A DNA stretch of 63,018 bases from a virus (lineage: Duplodnaviria; Caudoviricetes), in the IMG/VR virus record IMGVR_UViG_3300007541_000022, positions 1 through 63,018 of that record. One strand, 5' to 3'. This document shows, one piece after another, positions 1 to 9,919 of this stretch; the first letter of the stretch is position 1, and each line of letters opens with the position of its first letter. The position numbers were made by a program, and so were the translations under genes. The notes below the pieces were generated by a model. It did no database searches, had not been told where the DNA came from, and saw only the letters and a list, made by a program, of their open reading frames with translations.

Positions 1-68
1 AATTCTCTAACCCCATGAAAACCAATTTTAAATAAATTATTCCCGTCTACTAATAACGTCTTTGTCAA
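1..68 (-). CDS. 5'-3' exonuclease / T4 RNase H-like flap nuclease, N-terminal fragment (runs off window edge)
   Basis: Not in ORF track. TTG at 66-68 opens MTKTLLVDGNNLFKIGFHGVRE; LLVDGNN is the typical first motif of PolI-type 5' nucleases; lies directly after recA. Confidence 0.7.
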   Translation of the reverse strand, partial: MTKTLLVDGNNLFKIGFHGVRE

Positions 69-86
69 AACACCTCAATTAAAGGG

Positions 87-1088
87 TTACACTTCTTTTT
101 CTTCTTCCAATCTGAAGTCACCTTCAGTTCCGATAACTTCTTTCCAGTAGTCTGCCTGTTCTGCTTTGTAAGACTCAATAGATTTTTTTTCTTCAGCGGC
201 ATCTTTACCCGCCAAGAATCCGTGAGGTGTTACGATGATTTTACCATCCTCATAACCCAATCCATTGATGTGGTTCTTCATTACAGAAACTTTTGTTCTG
301 GTTGCAAACTTAACCTTTCTTTTGTCTTTCACTGCGGTGATTTTGTTTGTTCCCGCATTCTTTTGATTACCAAACAAGAACACCAAAGATGAATTCAACC
401 AAATTGATTCACCACCTTTAGCTTTAATCTTTGGTTGACCAAAAGGATTGTCAGGTAGTTCAACCCACGGTTGGTTTACAATAACCAATGTGTTTTCGTA
501 TTTAGAGTCCGCTTTACGAGAACCTGAGATACGTTGGTTGATACCCATACCAATTTTGTCTGCTAGTGTGGCCGCGTTGTGTTGTTTACCTCCTTTACCT
601 TCGTAAGTCATCTTACAAGGTACGGAACCCACAGAATCCCACATAAATAAAAGGTCGTAATCCAATTCACCTTTTTCTTGAGCGTCTAACAATTCATTGA
701 TATAATCAGTAATCTGTTCAATATATTCAAAGTTGTTGTTGAAGATGAAGAATCCGTCCCAATCCAATTCACCTGTTTCCTCATCAACCACTTCCTCACA
801 TTCAAAACCCATAAGCTTTGCGTGTTCAAAAGACCACTTCTGTTCTGTGATGATAAAGACAGGTAGGGTACCTTTTTTCTGTGCGTCAACGGCAGTTTTA
901 ACAAGTGCGGTAGTCTTACCTGTATCCGAGTGACCCAAGAACATATTCAAGTGACCAATCGCAGGACCAGGAACACCAACAGCATCCAAAAAGTCTTCAC
1001 CCAAATCAAAAAATCTTTGGGGTTTGTATTTTGCAGAAGTTGAGAACTTCTTCTTAATACTACTAAAATCTTTTTTCTTTATTGCCAT
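87..1088 (-). CDS. uvsX: RecA/UvsX-like recombinase
   Basis: Walker A GHSDTGKT, Walker B-like LLFMWDSVG, VIVNQ and KAKGG motifs of the RecA family; next to SSB. Confidence 0.9.
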   Translation of the reverse strand: MAIKKKDFSSIKKKFSTSAKYKPQRFFDLGEDFLDAVGVPGPAIGHLNMFLGHSDTGKTTALVKTAVDAQKKGTLPVFIITEQKWSFEHAKLMGFECEEVVDEETGELDWDGFFIFNNNFEYIEQITDYINELLDAQEKGELDYDLLFMWDSVGSVPCKMTYEGKGGKQHNAATLADKIGMGINQRISGSRKADSKYENTLVIVNQPWVELPDNPFGQPKIKAKGGESIWLNSSLVFLFGNQKNAGTNKITAVKDKRKVKFATRTKVSVMKNHINGLGYEDGKIIVTPHGFLAGKDAAEEKKSIESYKAEQADYWKEVIGTEGDFRLEEEKEV

Positions 1089-1100
1089 ATTATTTTTTTA

Positions 1101-1134
1101 ATTAAAAGATGGTGCAGACACCGCCTGCACCATC
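1101..1134 (-). terminator. Intrinsic terminator/attenuator between ssb and recA
   Basis: Perfect 10-bp stem GATGGTGCAG (1108-1117) / CTGCACCATC (1125-1134) followed by TTTTAAT on the minus strand. Confidence 0.7.
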
Positions 1135-1146
1135 AGATTAGTTTTC

Positions 1147-2001
1147 TTAGAACGGTAGGTTGTCGTCAATGTCCATGTCGTCTTGAGGGTCATCCATATC
1201 TTCATTAACTGAAGACTTAGTACCTCCGATAGTCATTTCAGATTCTTCACCGTAAACATATTTTTTAAGTTCACTGTCCCATACAGGTGTTTCACCTCTT
1301 GCAATTGCTTCCAAATACTCAACTGGTTTTTGTGAATACACATCTTGCCATGTCAATTCATCTTCAATCCACTCTTTCATTTGGTCGGAATCTTCGTGAA
1401 TAGGACATGGGTCATCATACATAACAGTTTGTACCACAGTATATTCAATTCCTTTTGGTGTTTTTGCTTTTGACAACTCGATAATCAAATCTCTACCTTC
1501 GTTAGCATCGGTAACATCACCTTTAGCTTTCCAAATAGGAATGATTTTATCCAAGATACCTTCTTGTTTGTAATTGTCTTTGAATCTCCAAAACTTAGGT
1601 CCGTGTTCCTCGTGGTCGCGGTCAATAAGTTTTACAATGTAGAATTTACGTGGACGGTATTGACGAGCCAATTCTTTATCGGACTCTTTACCTGTTGCCA
1701 TCAACTCTTCGTAAACCTCTGTAAGTGGTGAACGCTCACCATCGTTTTTACCTGGGTCGTAGAGTTTAGTCCATTTACCGTCAACTTGAACTTCGTGGTA
1801 CCATACCTCTTTGAATGGTGAAGAACCATCAGATGTTGGTAGAATACGAACTCGTTTTTGTCCTGACTTATCACCTTTAGGTAGGTAAGTGGTAAAATAA
1901 CGCTTTAGTCTATCTTCTTGGGACATAGACTGATTCCCGTTGTTGTTTTTTGTGGTGTTCTTCTCATACTGAGCCAACACCGCGTCAAGTGCATTTGCCA
2001 T
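1147..2001 (-). CDS. Single-stranded DNA-binding protein, T4 gp32-like
   Basis: VRILP...PF...WYH core, DVTDANEGRDLII motif and acidic tail ending DDNLPF; adjacent to recombinase. Confidence 0.85.
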   Translation of the reverse strand: MANALDAVLAQYEKNTTKNNNGNQSMSQEDRLKRYFTTYLPKGDKSGQKRVRILPTSDGSSPFKEVWYHEVQVDGKWTKLYDPGKNDGERSPLTEVYEELMATGKESDKELARQYRPRKFYIVKLIDRDHEEHGPKFWRFKDNYKQEGILDKIIPIWKAKGDVTDANEGRDLIIELSKAKTPKGIEYTVVQTVMYDDPCPIHEDSDQMKEWIEDELTWQDVYSQKPVEYLEAIARGETPVWDSELKKYVYGEESEMTIGGTKSSVNEDMDDPQDDMDIDDNLPF

Positions 2002-2053
2002 TTTTCTCTTTTTTACTCTTTTTAAAAATTTATTACTCGATTTCTCTTATTTA

Positions 2054-2081
2054 AATATAACACACAAGTTTGGTTTGTCAA
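2054..2081 (-). promoter_or_regulatory. Sigma70-type promoter for ssb-recA
   Basis: Minus strand TTGACA (2081-2076), 16 nt spacer, TATATT (2059-2054) preceded by TGn (extended -10). Confidence 0.65.
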
Positions 2082-2093
2082 ATGGTTATAAAA

Positions 2094-2119
2094 TAAAAAA
2101 GACCACGAAGTGTGGTCTT
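2094..2119 (-). terminator. Intrinsic terminator ending the late tail/baseplate transcript
   Basis: AAGACCAC-gaagt-GTGGTCTT stem followed by a T-run on the minus strand, just after stop at 2149. Confidence 0.7.
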
Positions 2120-2148
2120 ATTATAAAAATGATTTTTTAAAAAATCAA

Positions 2149-2793
2149 TTACATTTGTTCATCTTCAAACGGTGCGTCAAATGATTTCTTAATGTCTCCA
2201 TTAGAATAATTTTCAACTTCGTCTGATGTTAAAATATATTCATTTTTACCAGTCTTTTCCATTTCAACTTCTTTATCCATAAAAAAGTCAGTAAGTTTTT
2301 GGTTATAAGGATATGAATCTAAACTTCTTAGTTGTAACTTTTCTTCAGGTGATTTTTGACGGTACTTTTCAACTTTGTTTTCCAAGTCATTAATTTTTTG
2401 AAGTATTTGGTCCATATCAGATAATTTACTTGTTAAATCATTTAACCTATCCATCATGGTTTCCATATATTCTTCTTGTTTTGCTGACATGTCTTTTTGT
2501 GTGGTAACCAAATCTGTAATATCTAACTCTTCTGTTCCACTTTCTTCAGTCGCATCAATTTCTTCACCTTCAACACCTGGTTCGTCAACTAATTCAACAT
2601 CAGGGTCAGTTTCAACATCCACAGGTTGTGCATCACCTCCCGTAGTATCCAACTCCTCTTCTCCCGGCATTGGTGTTTCTTCAGTACCCGCATCTGCCGG
2701 TGGAGGCGGTAAAGTAGATTCCTGTTCAGAAATGTATTTATTGATTCTCTTATATTTTGAGATTTCTTCTAATATTTTTTTATCTACTGACAT
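2149..2793 (-). CDS. Acidic coiled-coil phage protein with N-terminal I-x-E leader (possible head/scaffold-associated)
   Basis: Leader KKILEEISKYKRINKYISEQ, Pro/Glu/Asp-rich linker, coiled-coil segment. Confidence 0.6.
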   Translation of the reverse strand: MSVDKKILEEISKYKRINKYISEQESTLPPPPADAGTEETPMPGEEELDTTGGDAQPVDVETDPDVELVDEPGVEGEEIDATEESGTEELDITDLVTTQKDMSAKQEEYMETMMDRLNDLTSKLSDMDQILQKINDLENKVEKYRQKSPEEKLQLRSLDSYPYNQKLTDFFMDKEVEMEKTGKNEYILTSDEVENYSNGDIKKSFDAPFEDEQM

Positions 2794-2806
2794 CTTAGTA
2801 TTTTTT

Positions 2807-3031
2807 TTAACCGTTTAAAAGAGTTTTAACACCTTGTGGTGTTTCAACCTTTAAAGTCCTGTTTAATTTCATAGTGTTATCCACTCTTTCAATAAGGCCG
2901 TCTCTCATTCTAACAGTATAGCAATCACCTGTGTCCAAGTCACAAACTTCTTTGTAACCGTCACCCGTATCTTTTTCAGTGATTCTCGTGTCTTTTGACA
3001 AATACTGGTCTAATAAAGTTTTTGTATTCAT
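2807..3031 (-). CDS. Hypothetical protein (CDLDTGDC motif)
   Basis: 74-aa ORF co-oriented with neighbours; TATTTAT motif 13 nt upstream. Confidence 0.65.
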   Translation of the reverse strand: MNTKTLLDQYLSKDTRITEKDTGDGYKEVCDLDTGDCYTVRMRDGLIERVDNTMKLNRTLKVETPQGVKTLLNG

Positions 3032-3076
3032 AATCTTTTTTATAATAAATATACGATAAATTACATTTTTCTATAT

Positions 3077-6000
3077 TTAGTTGTTATCCCAAGCATTATT
3101 CTTTCTATTGAAGGTGTCATAAGCACTGTCAAATAACGACTTAGCTTTTGTATTTGTATTTAATTGACCATCAACAGTTGCAATAATTGAATCATCAATG
3201 TTACTACCTGCGGTTAATTTTTTATCGTATGTTGTAAATCTTAAAGTATAGTACCATATATATGTGAACGCCTTAGCTAAATCATTATTTATCTTACTAT
3301 TAACTAAAAACGCATCTATAATTTGCGAGTATTGTTCACATACTTTACCCATAAAATCTATAGATTCACCTGAATTATCAAAAGCCAAATAAGGAACAAA
3401 ATAATCACCATCTTTAATACATGTTTGTTTTTTAAAGTCTACGGTCCATCTATCATTTTCCTTCATGTTTTTTAAATTGAAGTAGTTGTAATTAAAAGCA
3501 CTAACATTTTGACCTGAGCCAGATTCTACATATCCAACACCAAAAATATATTTTTTAACATTTTCAGATAAACTTAATTGGTTTATACCATTTTTAAATT
3601 GAGTTTGATTTAAAGTAGTATTTGATATAGGTTCATAAGGTTTATCTAATTTCTGAACGGCAATACACTTATTATCCTCGCCCTGTCGTTTATTATTATT
3701 AGTTGTTGAACTATTTCTTATTGAATCTTGTCTTTGTAATGTATCACCTGTTAATCCAGTATTAGCACTTGCCAATCTTCTCATATCGTCCATATAACTT
3801 TGAACTATGTCCCTATTCACACTAGATATTAACGTATCAGGCATTTGTAATGAGTACTTAGTGGCTCTAACACCTTCAAAAGTTGTCACAAAATCTCTAG
3901 ACGATATATCGTGAGTAACGCTTGTAATCAGGTAAGGGCCGTAGAACATTGGTACGTATCTTAAATTAAAATACATTGTTGGTTGTATCATTACATTACC
4001 CATTGAAACAACTGTACAGTTGTAACTACCGTTTTTATAAAAATTATAAAGATTTGCAGTTTGTTGAGCAACTTTTTGACCTTCAGCCATTGAACCCATG
4101 TTTGCAAGTATTTGGAACGTTGGAGCTATGTTTTTCCTTTGTGACATATCAATTGATATTGACTTAAACATATTTTGATTTCTCGTACCAAAGTCGACAT
4201 TAAACGCAACAACTTTATTTCTGTTTGAGAAGTTAGTTACTCCATCTTCTGACACCCTAACTGCAGATAATGCTGGTTTAGTAATATCAAATGAATCGTC
4301 TTGATACAAATAATTGTCATTATCGGCAGATGTATTAATGGTTTCAGAAACTTTACCAACATATATTGCCAAGAATTTAGGTTCAGAACCATGGGTATCA
4401 ACCTCTAAAAATGTACCAAATGCATTATTCGCAATGTCACTAAATGAAGGGTCAGGCATACCCTCTTTAACTCTTTGGTTCCTACCATAAAAATTAGCGT
4501 ATGATGGAGTAGGCATAAATACAAAATTATTTTTTTCTAAAATAGAACCCATAAGTGATAATACACTTTGGCTTGAATTAGCATTCTTCAAGAAATACCT
4601 CATATCCTCAATGTTAATAATAACATCGTCACCAACAGGTCTATTTGCCTTATCTAAAAATAAAAACTCCTCAAATAATGTTTTACCTTTAAAATCTTGA
4701 CCTGCAACCCATCTATCATTAAAGTTTTTAAATGTTGACCATAATTCATTCTTTGGTACGTCACCATCCAATTTAGAAATTCTAACTTCTGTAGGGTTTT
4801 GTTTAACTGATGGTAAATCTTTATTTAACTTACTAAAAATTTGATTTAACATATTATTTTGAAAGTTTATTTGTTGTGTCATAAAACTTTCAAAGTCTTG
4901 TAAAAAGTCTGCACGACCATAATTGTTATCGTTATATTTTTTACTCGCAAATATTTTAATTATTGTTGATAGGTCCCTAACATTTTGTTCGGTAAACCTA
5001 ATATTCATTGTAGGGAAAAAGTCAGTGATATATGAACCATCACTACTATACTTCATACCATCTTCTGCATAATCACCAACATACATGTATAAAGCATCCC
5101 AAGCTTCAGGGTTATTAATTTGACTTGTCGTTAAATTAACTCCGTTAGTTGCTGTGGGTACACTTCCATCGATATATGTGTCAAACAATATCGGGTCGAC
5201 AGGTTTTATTGATTGGTTAGAAGAAAACGAGTCAAAAGCACGTCTATTAAATTTACCAGGATTACCAATTTTTAAGATAATATTACTTTCAATTAATTGC
5301 TCAGAATTAACTTTAACAAAATTATCTAATTGTTTTTCGGCAATTTTTTTAGCATCTTCTTTTGGGTTAATATTAGTTAATGAAGGTTTTTCAACAAAAA
5401 GAAGACTCTTCATTACCTTTTCTATGTTGAAATCATACGCAACTGTATATTCCCCTAAAAATTCATCGTTATTAAACTGAGATGGGTTATATACAATAGG
5501 ACTATAATCTTTTTCTTTTTTACAGAAATTTAAGAAGTGTCTTTCAAATTCATCCAACATTTCTTTTGAGAATATTGAAAATATTTCTTCAATTGATTTA
5601 TAATTAAACTCACTAGCCTTATTTAATAATGTAAAAGCGGTTTGAGATTCATTGTCTTTATCAATTACTTTAAGATATTCATTTGTTTCAGGTTTTCTTA
5701 TCCAACTATTATTAAAGTACCCGTAATTAGGTGCCGACCATAATGTCCTAACATTACCATTTTGTATTGCAACATTAGTATTATCAATAGGTTGTTTTAA
5801 TTTTCCTTGAGAGTTAAGACATTCTCTTTGGGCTTGATTAAATTTGTTATACCCCGCAGATGGTATGATTAAAAGTTTACCTTTAGAATCATCATCAAAA
5901 CTTTGGTTTCCATCAATGTCAAAATATTGAAACCAACTTTCATAAAACAATGTTCTACCTGTGTTAGACTCATCATATCCTTGCGATAAATTATCTAAAC

Positions 6001-9000
6001 TATTAGTATCACTTTTAAAATTCCCGTTAACATATAAATCATTTAATTCTGTATTATCGTAATTTACAAATAGGTCTTTATTAGTAAAAAATTTATAGGT
6101 GTCATTAATAACCTTAGGGTAAAATCCGTTTTTAATAGTTAATAATTCCTGTCCTCCTCCAATACTTTCTAATTTCTCAGGTTGGTATGGGTAATTAAAA
6201 CCATTGTAAGTTATAGTGTCATAAATTTTATTTATATTATTTGTAATCGGGTCATATGCGTTTACATAATCAAAGTCATCCCAAATATCATCTAAAATAT
6301 CACCATTACCTTTTTTATCTTCTTTATAACGATGCCATATTGAACCATATTTTAAAATCCAAAGATATGGTATTTTGTGTATTGCCGCAAATTTACTTAA
6401 ACCCGCAAATATATAATTACCGTTTTCAGTTGTTGTTGAACCGTCATCTTGTTCTTTACTTGATATGTATTTTTCACTTAGTGTTGGTAATGGTAGTGAA
6501 TTCAAGTAAAGGTAACCTAAACCAACATATGGGTTATCAACACTAAAAGTTTCATTATCAACCCCCTTCATTAATGCATTAACAAAGTATGGTGTGTTCA
6601 ATAATGAAGTACTTTGTTTTGACACTAAATTATTAGTTACAGTATCATAATTAGTACCATAATCCAATGGACTTTCCGTTAAGAAATAATCTTTGTTTTC
6701 TCTATTATCAAAATATAATTTTACTTGGTCATTAGTATTATATTGGGTAGATAAACTACTGTTATTTGCACTTTGATTTGGTGAGGTAGATGTGTTTGTT
6801 TTAAACTGAAAATACGTTAGGTATTTATCGGTCTCTTTACTACCCCCGTTTTTATCATCATCAAATGTGGCCAATGTTTTCTTGAGTAAGTTAAAACTCA
6901 TAATATCAGTAGTACTATTGGCATCTTTAACATTACCTATAGCAGTACCGTTTGATAAATTATTTTGTTCCCAAGTTAAGTTGGTAAATGGAAAAACATC
7001 TAAAAAAGTTAAATCGTTAGATGAGGTACCTGTTATATACTCAATTAATTGATTTACTGAATCAGTAGACGCGACCACTTCTTTTGAATTAGGTAATACG
7101 CTTTCAATACTATATATCCCAAAATCACTCTCGGTATATCCTTTAATATAATTTTGAGTAAAAATGTCTCTTACTTTTCTAGAATAATAACTACCCTGTC
7201 CATTATTAGAAATTGAACTTAAATATTGGTTAAAGCTCGCAGCATTAAATTTAAACTCTTTTAAAATTTTCATTAATGCAGGACTGTCATTTACCCCCTC
7301 TTTAATGTTATTTGTTTCAAAATCAGCCATAACAGTATAAAGAGTTTTTCTAAAATTATTATTTCTAATAATCTTAGTATAGTTTGAGGTTAAATAAGTT
7401 CTTTCAAAAATTTCATAGAAAAATGACACATACTCTTCATTAACATATGGTATGTTTTCAAAAGGAAATTCAATTGCATTACTCGCAATATATTTAGAGA
7501 CTTGGGTTTCATTACCAAAATTAACATTAATTTTTGGTTTATCTCTTTCTAAAGATGCGGTTAAATATTCTTCCACAAATTGAATCTCAGGCCAAATCGA
7601 GTAGTCCCACCCTCTTAAACTTTCAATCACCGATGGTTGTCCAGGATATTTTATAGTATATGATGTGTTTCCTTCTTTATCTACTTCTTCTTCAAAATAT
7701 TGAGGCCACGGATATACAACCGCAGTATCAACTAAAGTATCACCTAAACCTCCGACAGTAACAGCATTTAACATTTTTTTACCATCAGGACCAAATGATT
7801 TGTTTGGTGGTATAATAGCACTTAACCTAACAGGATTATTTCTCTGTTCCCAAGCATTTGTATGTGTTTCATCCATTAATCTATAAAACGCTTCAGAGTT
7901 TGCACAAATAACCGCCAAAACGTTATTAATGGTCGGCATAAATCCAATTCCTATATCTGAGGATACAATCTTTTTTGCCAATGCCTCGGATAATTCTTTT
8001 TCAATATTTTCCCTCTTTTGTTTAAATGTCTCTTCAATTTTAGATAGTTTAGATAAGAATGAACCATTTTGGAAATTTTTATCTTTTAACACATCTCCAA
8101 AATTTATGAAAACTAAACTATTATTATTCTCAACTAAATTACCTTCGGAATTTTCAGAATATTCTCTATTTTCTAATGACAAAGTAGTCTTTAATTCTTG
8201 TTCAAATAATTCTAACTCTTCTTCTGTCGCCTCTCTACCTTTTCTTTTTCTAAAAGTTAACTCATAGTCAATTATGTTTGGGTCTGTTAAGTTCTCAATT
8301 AAATCACTTTTTTTAATGTTTATTGATATTTTTGAGTCCGTTTCTTTACCTTCTATTTTATATTTACCAGGGTCATAAAACGTGGGATTAGATTTTAACT
8401 TATCATTATATTCGTCTATAATTCCATTTAAATCCGATATAGCTTTTCTTTTACCTTCTTCGTCAAGTTCTTTTTTCAAACCATATAAAACGGATGCCTT
8501 ATTATTATTTTTAATAATAACTTCACTTGGGTCAATGTATTTGTTAAACCAACTACCTGTTGAGTTAATAAAAACTTTTTTACGATATTCGGTAAGGTAT
8601 TTTTCAAAGTTAACGATGTCGGTTAATACTGACATATCTTCTTTGGAATATGCCTCCATAACATACCTATTAAAGTATTCTAACCTCATTTTCATTTGGT
8701 TAAGAGTAATTTCAGGAAAATTATCAGCAATTAAACCTTTGGCTTTATACAAAGAATAAACTTCTTTAATTTTTTCCATACCCTTTGTAGTTGTAAAGGT
8801 ACTAACACCAACGGTACCGTTTGTACTACCGTTTGTACCTGTCTCCAACTCATATGTTTTATCGTACATATGTGGTGTTGCATATAGATAATCAATTAAG
8901 GTGTCTTGTAAAAGGGCGTGTGAACGAGCAACATAATTTGTTGTTATTTTGTAATTACCATCAGACGGGTCAAATCTGGCGTTAAAATCTTTTAACATCA

Positions 9001-9610
9001 ATTCTAACTTTATTGCTTTACCATAATATCCTTTTATCGTTAAAATAAACACAGGATAAGGTAACTGCATAAAAATTGAGTATGGAGATTGGTCACCTCT
9101 TTCAAATAAAACTCTACCCTGCACATCAGTCATTTCAATGTTAACCGTAGGTACGAAAGCAGGATTCATCTTAATATTAATACGAGTTATCCCTAATAGT
9201 TGGTTATCTATTTCACCTCCTGACCATAAATCATTTTTGGAATCCGTTTTAGATGGTAATATTTGGTCGGTCCATGTTGTGTCAAAATATTTAGGGTCTT
9301 CATTTAAATTACCTAAATTTACATTTGGTTCTTTTTGATTTTGTGCCTTACCCTCTAAAAAGTTTACTTTAAGTTGCCCAACTCCAACATTTCTAACACT
9401 ATCATTATAGTTAGAACCAATGGCCATTTTTGTCCTTGGTATTACTCTGGCTTCTAAATTTGCATACGTAATTAAATTCTCATGGTCAACAAGTCTTTCT
9501 TCGACCGTACCATCAGGATTAACTACTTTGTTGGGGTCAACAACTACTACGTTGTCATAATCGGTTTCAACAAATATTTTTTGATTACCATAGAATTTAT
9601 TATCTGCCAT
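3077..9610 (-). CDS. Very large baseplate hub-like protein with C-terminal glucosaminidase/lysozyme-like domain
   Basis: 2177 aa, in baseplate position. Hub-like segment GNVMIQPTMYFNL...GPYLITSVTHDI...TTFEGVR; C-terminal VESGSG...NYNYFNLK...YLAFDN resembles GH73. Confidence 0.65.
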   Translation of the reverse strand: MADNKFYGNQKIFVETDYDNVVVVDPNKVVNPDGTVEERLVDHENLITYANLEARVIPRTKMAIGSNYNDSVRNVGVGQLKVNFLEGKAQNQKEPNVNLGNLNEDPKYFDTTWTDQILPSKTDSKNDLWSGGEIDNQLLGITRINIKMNPAFVPTVNIEMTDVQGRVLFERGDQSPYSIFMQLPYPVFILTIKGYYGKAIKLELMLKDFNARFDPSDGNYKITTNYVARSHALLQDTLIDYLYATPHMYDKTYELETGTNGSTNGTVGVSTFTTTKGMEKIKEVYSLYKAKGLIADNFPEITLNQMKMRLEYFNRYVMEAYSKEDMSVLTDIVNFEKYLTEYRKKVFINSTGSWFNKYIDPSEVIIKNNNKASVLYGLKKELDEEGKRKAISDLNGIIDEYNDKLKSNPTFYDPGKYKIEGKETDSKISINIKKSDLIENLTDPNIIDYELTFRKRKGREATEEELELFEQELKTTLSLENREYSENSEGNLVENNNSLVFINFGDVLKDKNFQNGSFLSKLSKIEETFKQKRENIEKELSEALAKKIVSSDIGIGFMPTINNVLAVICANSEAFYRLMDETHTNAWEQRNNPVRLSAIIPPNKSFGPDGKKMLNAVTVGGLGDTLVDTAVVYPWPQYFEEEVDKEGNTSYTIKYPGQPSVIESLRGWDYSIWPEIQFVEEYLTASLERDKPKINVNFGNETQVSKYIASNAIEFPFENIPYVNEEYVSFFYEIFERTYLTSNYTKIIRNNNFRKTLYTVMADFETNNIKEGVNDSPALMKILKEFKFNAASFNQYLSSISNNGQGSYYSRKVRDIFTQNYIKGYTESDFGIYSIESVLPNSKEVVASTDSVNQLIEYITGTSSNDLTFLDVFPFTNLTWEQNNLSNGTAIGNVKDANSTTDIMSFNLLKKTLATFDDDKNGGSKETDKYLTYFQFKTNTSTSPNQSANNSSLSTQYNTNDQVKLYFDNRENKDYFLTESPLDYGTNYDTVTNNLVSKQSTSLLNTPYFVNALMKGVDNETFSVDNPYVGLGYLYLNSLPLPTLSEKYISSKEQDDGSTTTENGNYIFAGLSKFAAIHKIPYLWILKYGSIWHRYKEDKKGNGDILDDIWDDFDYVNAYDPITNNINKIYDTITYNGFNYPYQPEKLESIGGGQELLTIKNGFYPKVINDTYKFFTNKDLFVNYDNTELNDLYVNGNFKSDTNSLDNLSQGYDESNTGRTLFYESWFQYFDIDGNQSFDDDSKGKLLIIPSAGYNKFNQAQRECLNSQGKLKQPIDNTNVAIQNGNVRTLWSAPNYGYFNNSWIRKPETNEYLKVIDKDNESQTAFTLLNKASEFNYKSIEEIFSIFSKEMLDEFERHFLNFCKKEKDYSPIVYNPSQFNNDEFLGEYTVAYDFNIEKVMKSLLFVEKPSLTNINPKEDAKKIAEKQLDNFVKVNSEQLIESNIILKIGNPGKFNRRAFDSFSSNQSIKPVDPILFDTYIDGSVPTATNGVNLTTSQINNPEAWDALYMYVGDYAEDGMKYSSDGSYITDFFPTMNIRFTEQNVRDLSTIIKIFASKKYNDNNYGRADFLQDFESFMTQQINFQNNMLNQIFSKLNKDLPSVKQNPTEVRISKLDGDVPKNELWSTFKNFNDRWVAGQDFKGKTLFEEFLFLDKANRPVGDDVIINIEDMRYFLKNANSSQSVLSLMGSILEKNNFVFMPTPSYANFYGRNQRVKEGMPDPSFSDIANNAFGTFLEVDTHGSEPKFLAIYVGKVSETINTSADNDNYLYQDDSFDITKPALSAVRVSEDGVTNFSNRNKVVAFNVDFGTRNQNMFKSISIDMSQRKNIAPTFQILANMGSMAEGQKVAQQTANLYNFYKNGSYNCTVVSMGNVMIQPTMYFNLRYVPMFYGPYLITSVTHDISSRDFVTTFEGVRATKYSLQMPDTLISSVNRDIVQSYMDDMRRLASANTGLTGDTLQRQDSIRNSSTTNNNKRQGEDNKCIAVQKLDKPYEPISNTTLNQTQFKNGINQLSLSENVKKYIFGVGYVESGSGQNVSAFNYNYFNLKNMKENDRWTVDFKKQTCIKDGDYFVPYLAFDNSGESIDFMGKVCEQYSQIIDAFLVNSKINNDLAKAFTYIWYYTLRFTTYDKKLTAGSNIDDSIIATVDGQLNTNTKAKSLFDSAYDTFNRKNNAWDNN

Positions 9611-9917
9611 AATAGAAGAAGTGGTTTTCTAACGCTGATTTATAATCTTGTATAGAGTTTGTTAATGGGTAAGGAATAAACAAAAGACTATTATCAGGTA
9701 TACTCGTTTCTAAACCACCGTATTGTGGATTTGCGGCCATTATTAACCATCCAAAATATGGCGTCTCATAAAACTCAAAACTAATTTTGTCAAGTCTACT
9801 ACGTCCCGTTCTGTAAATATACCTCTTATCTGTAGGTTTTGAAGGGATTTTTACAAATGGCACAACAGTTTGTTGTCCATTCACCAAAAAATCATTATAT
9901 CTATTCCAATACCTCAT
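9600..9917 (-). CDS. Baseplate wedge protein, gp53/LysM-like
   Basis: RLDKISFEFYETPYFGWLIMAANP is the typical gp53/tail-X LysM-like signature. Confidence 0.75.
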   Translation of the reverse strand: MRYWNRYNDFLVNGQQTVVPFVKIPSKPTDKRYIYRTGRSRLDKISFEFYETPYFGWLIMAANPQYGGLETSIPDNSLLFIPYPLTNSIQDYKSALENHFFYYGR

Positions 9918-9919
9918 AA

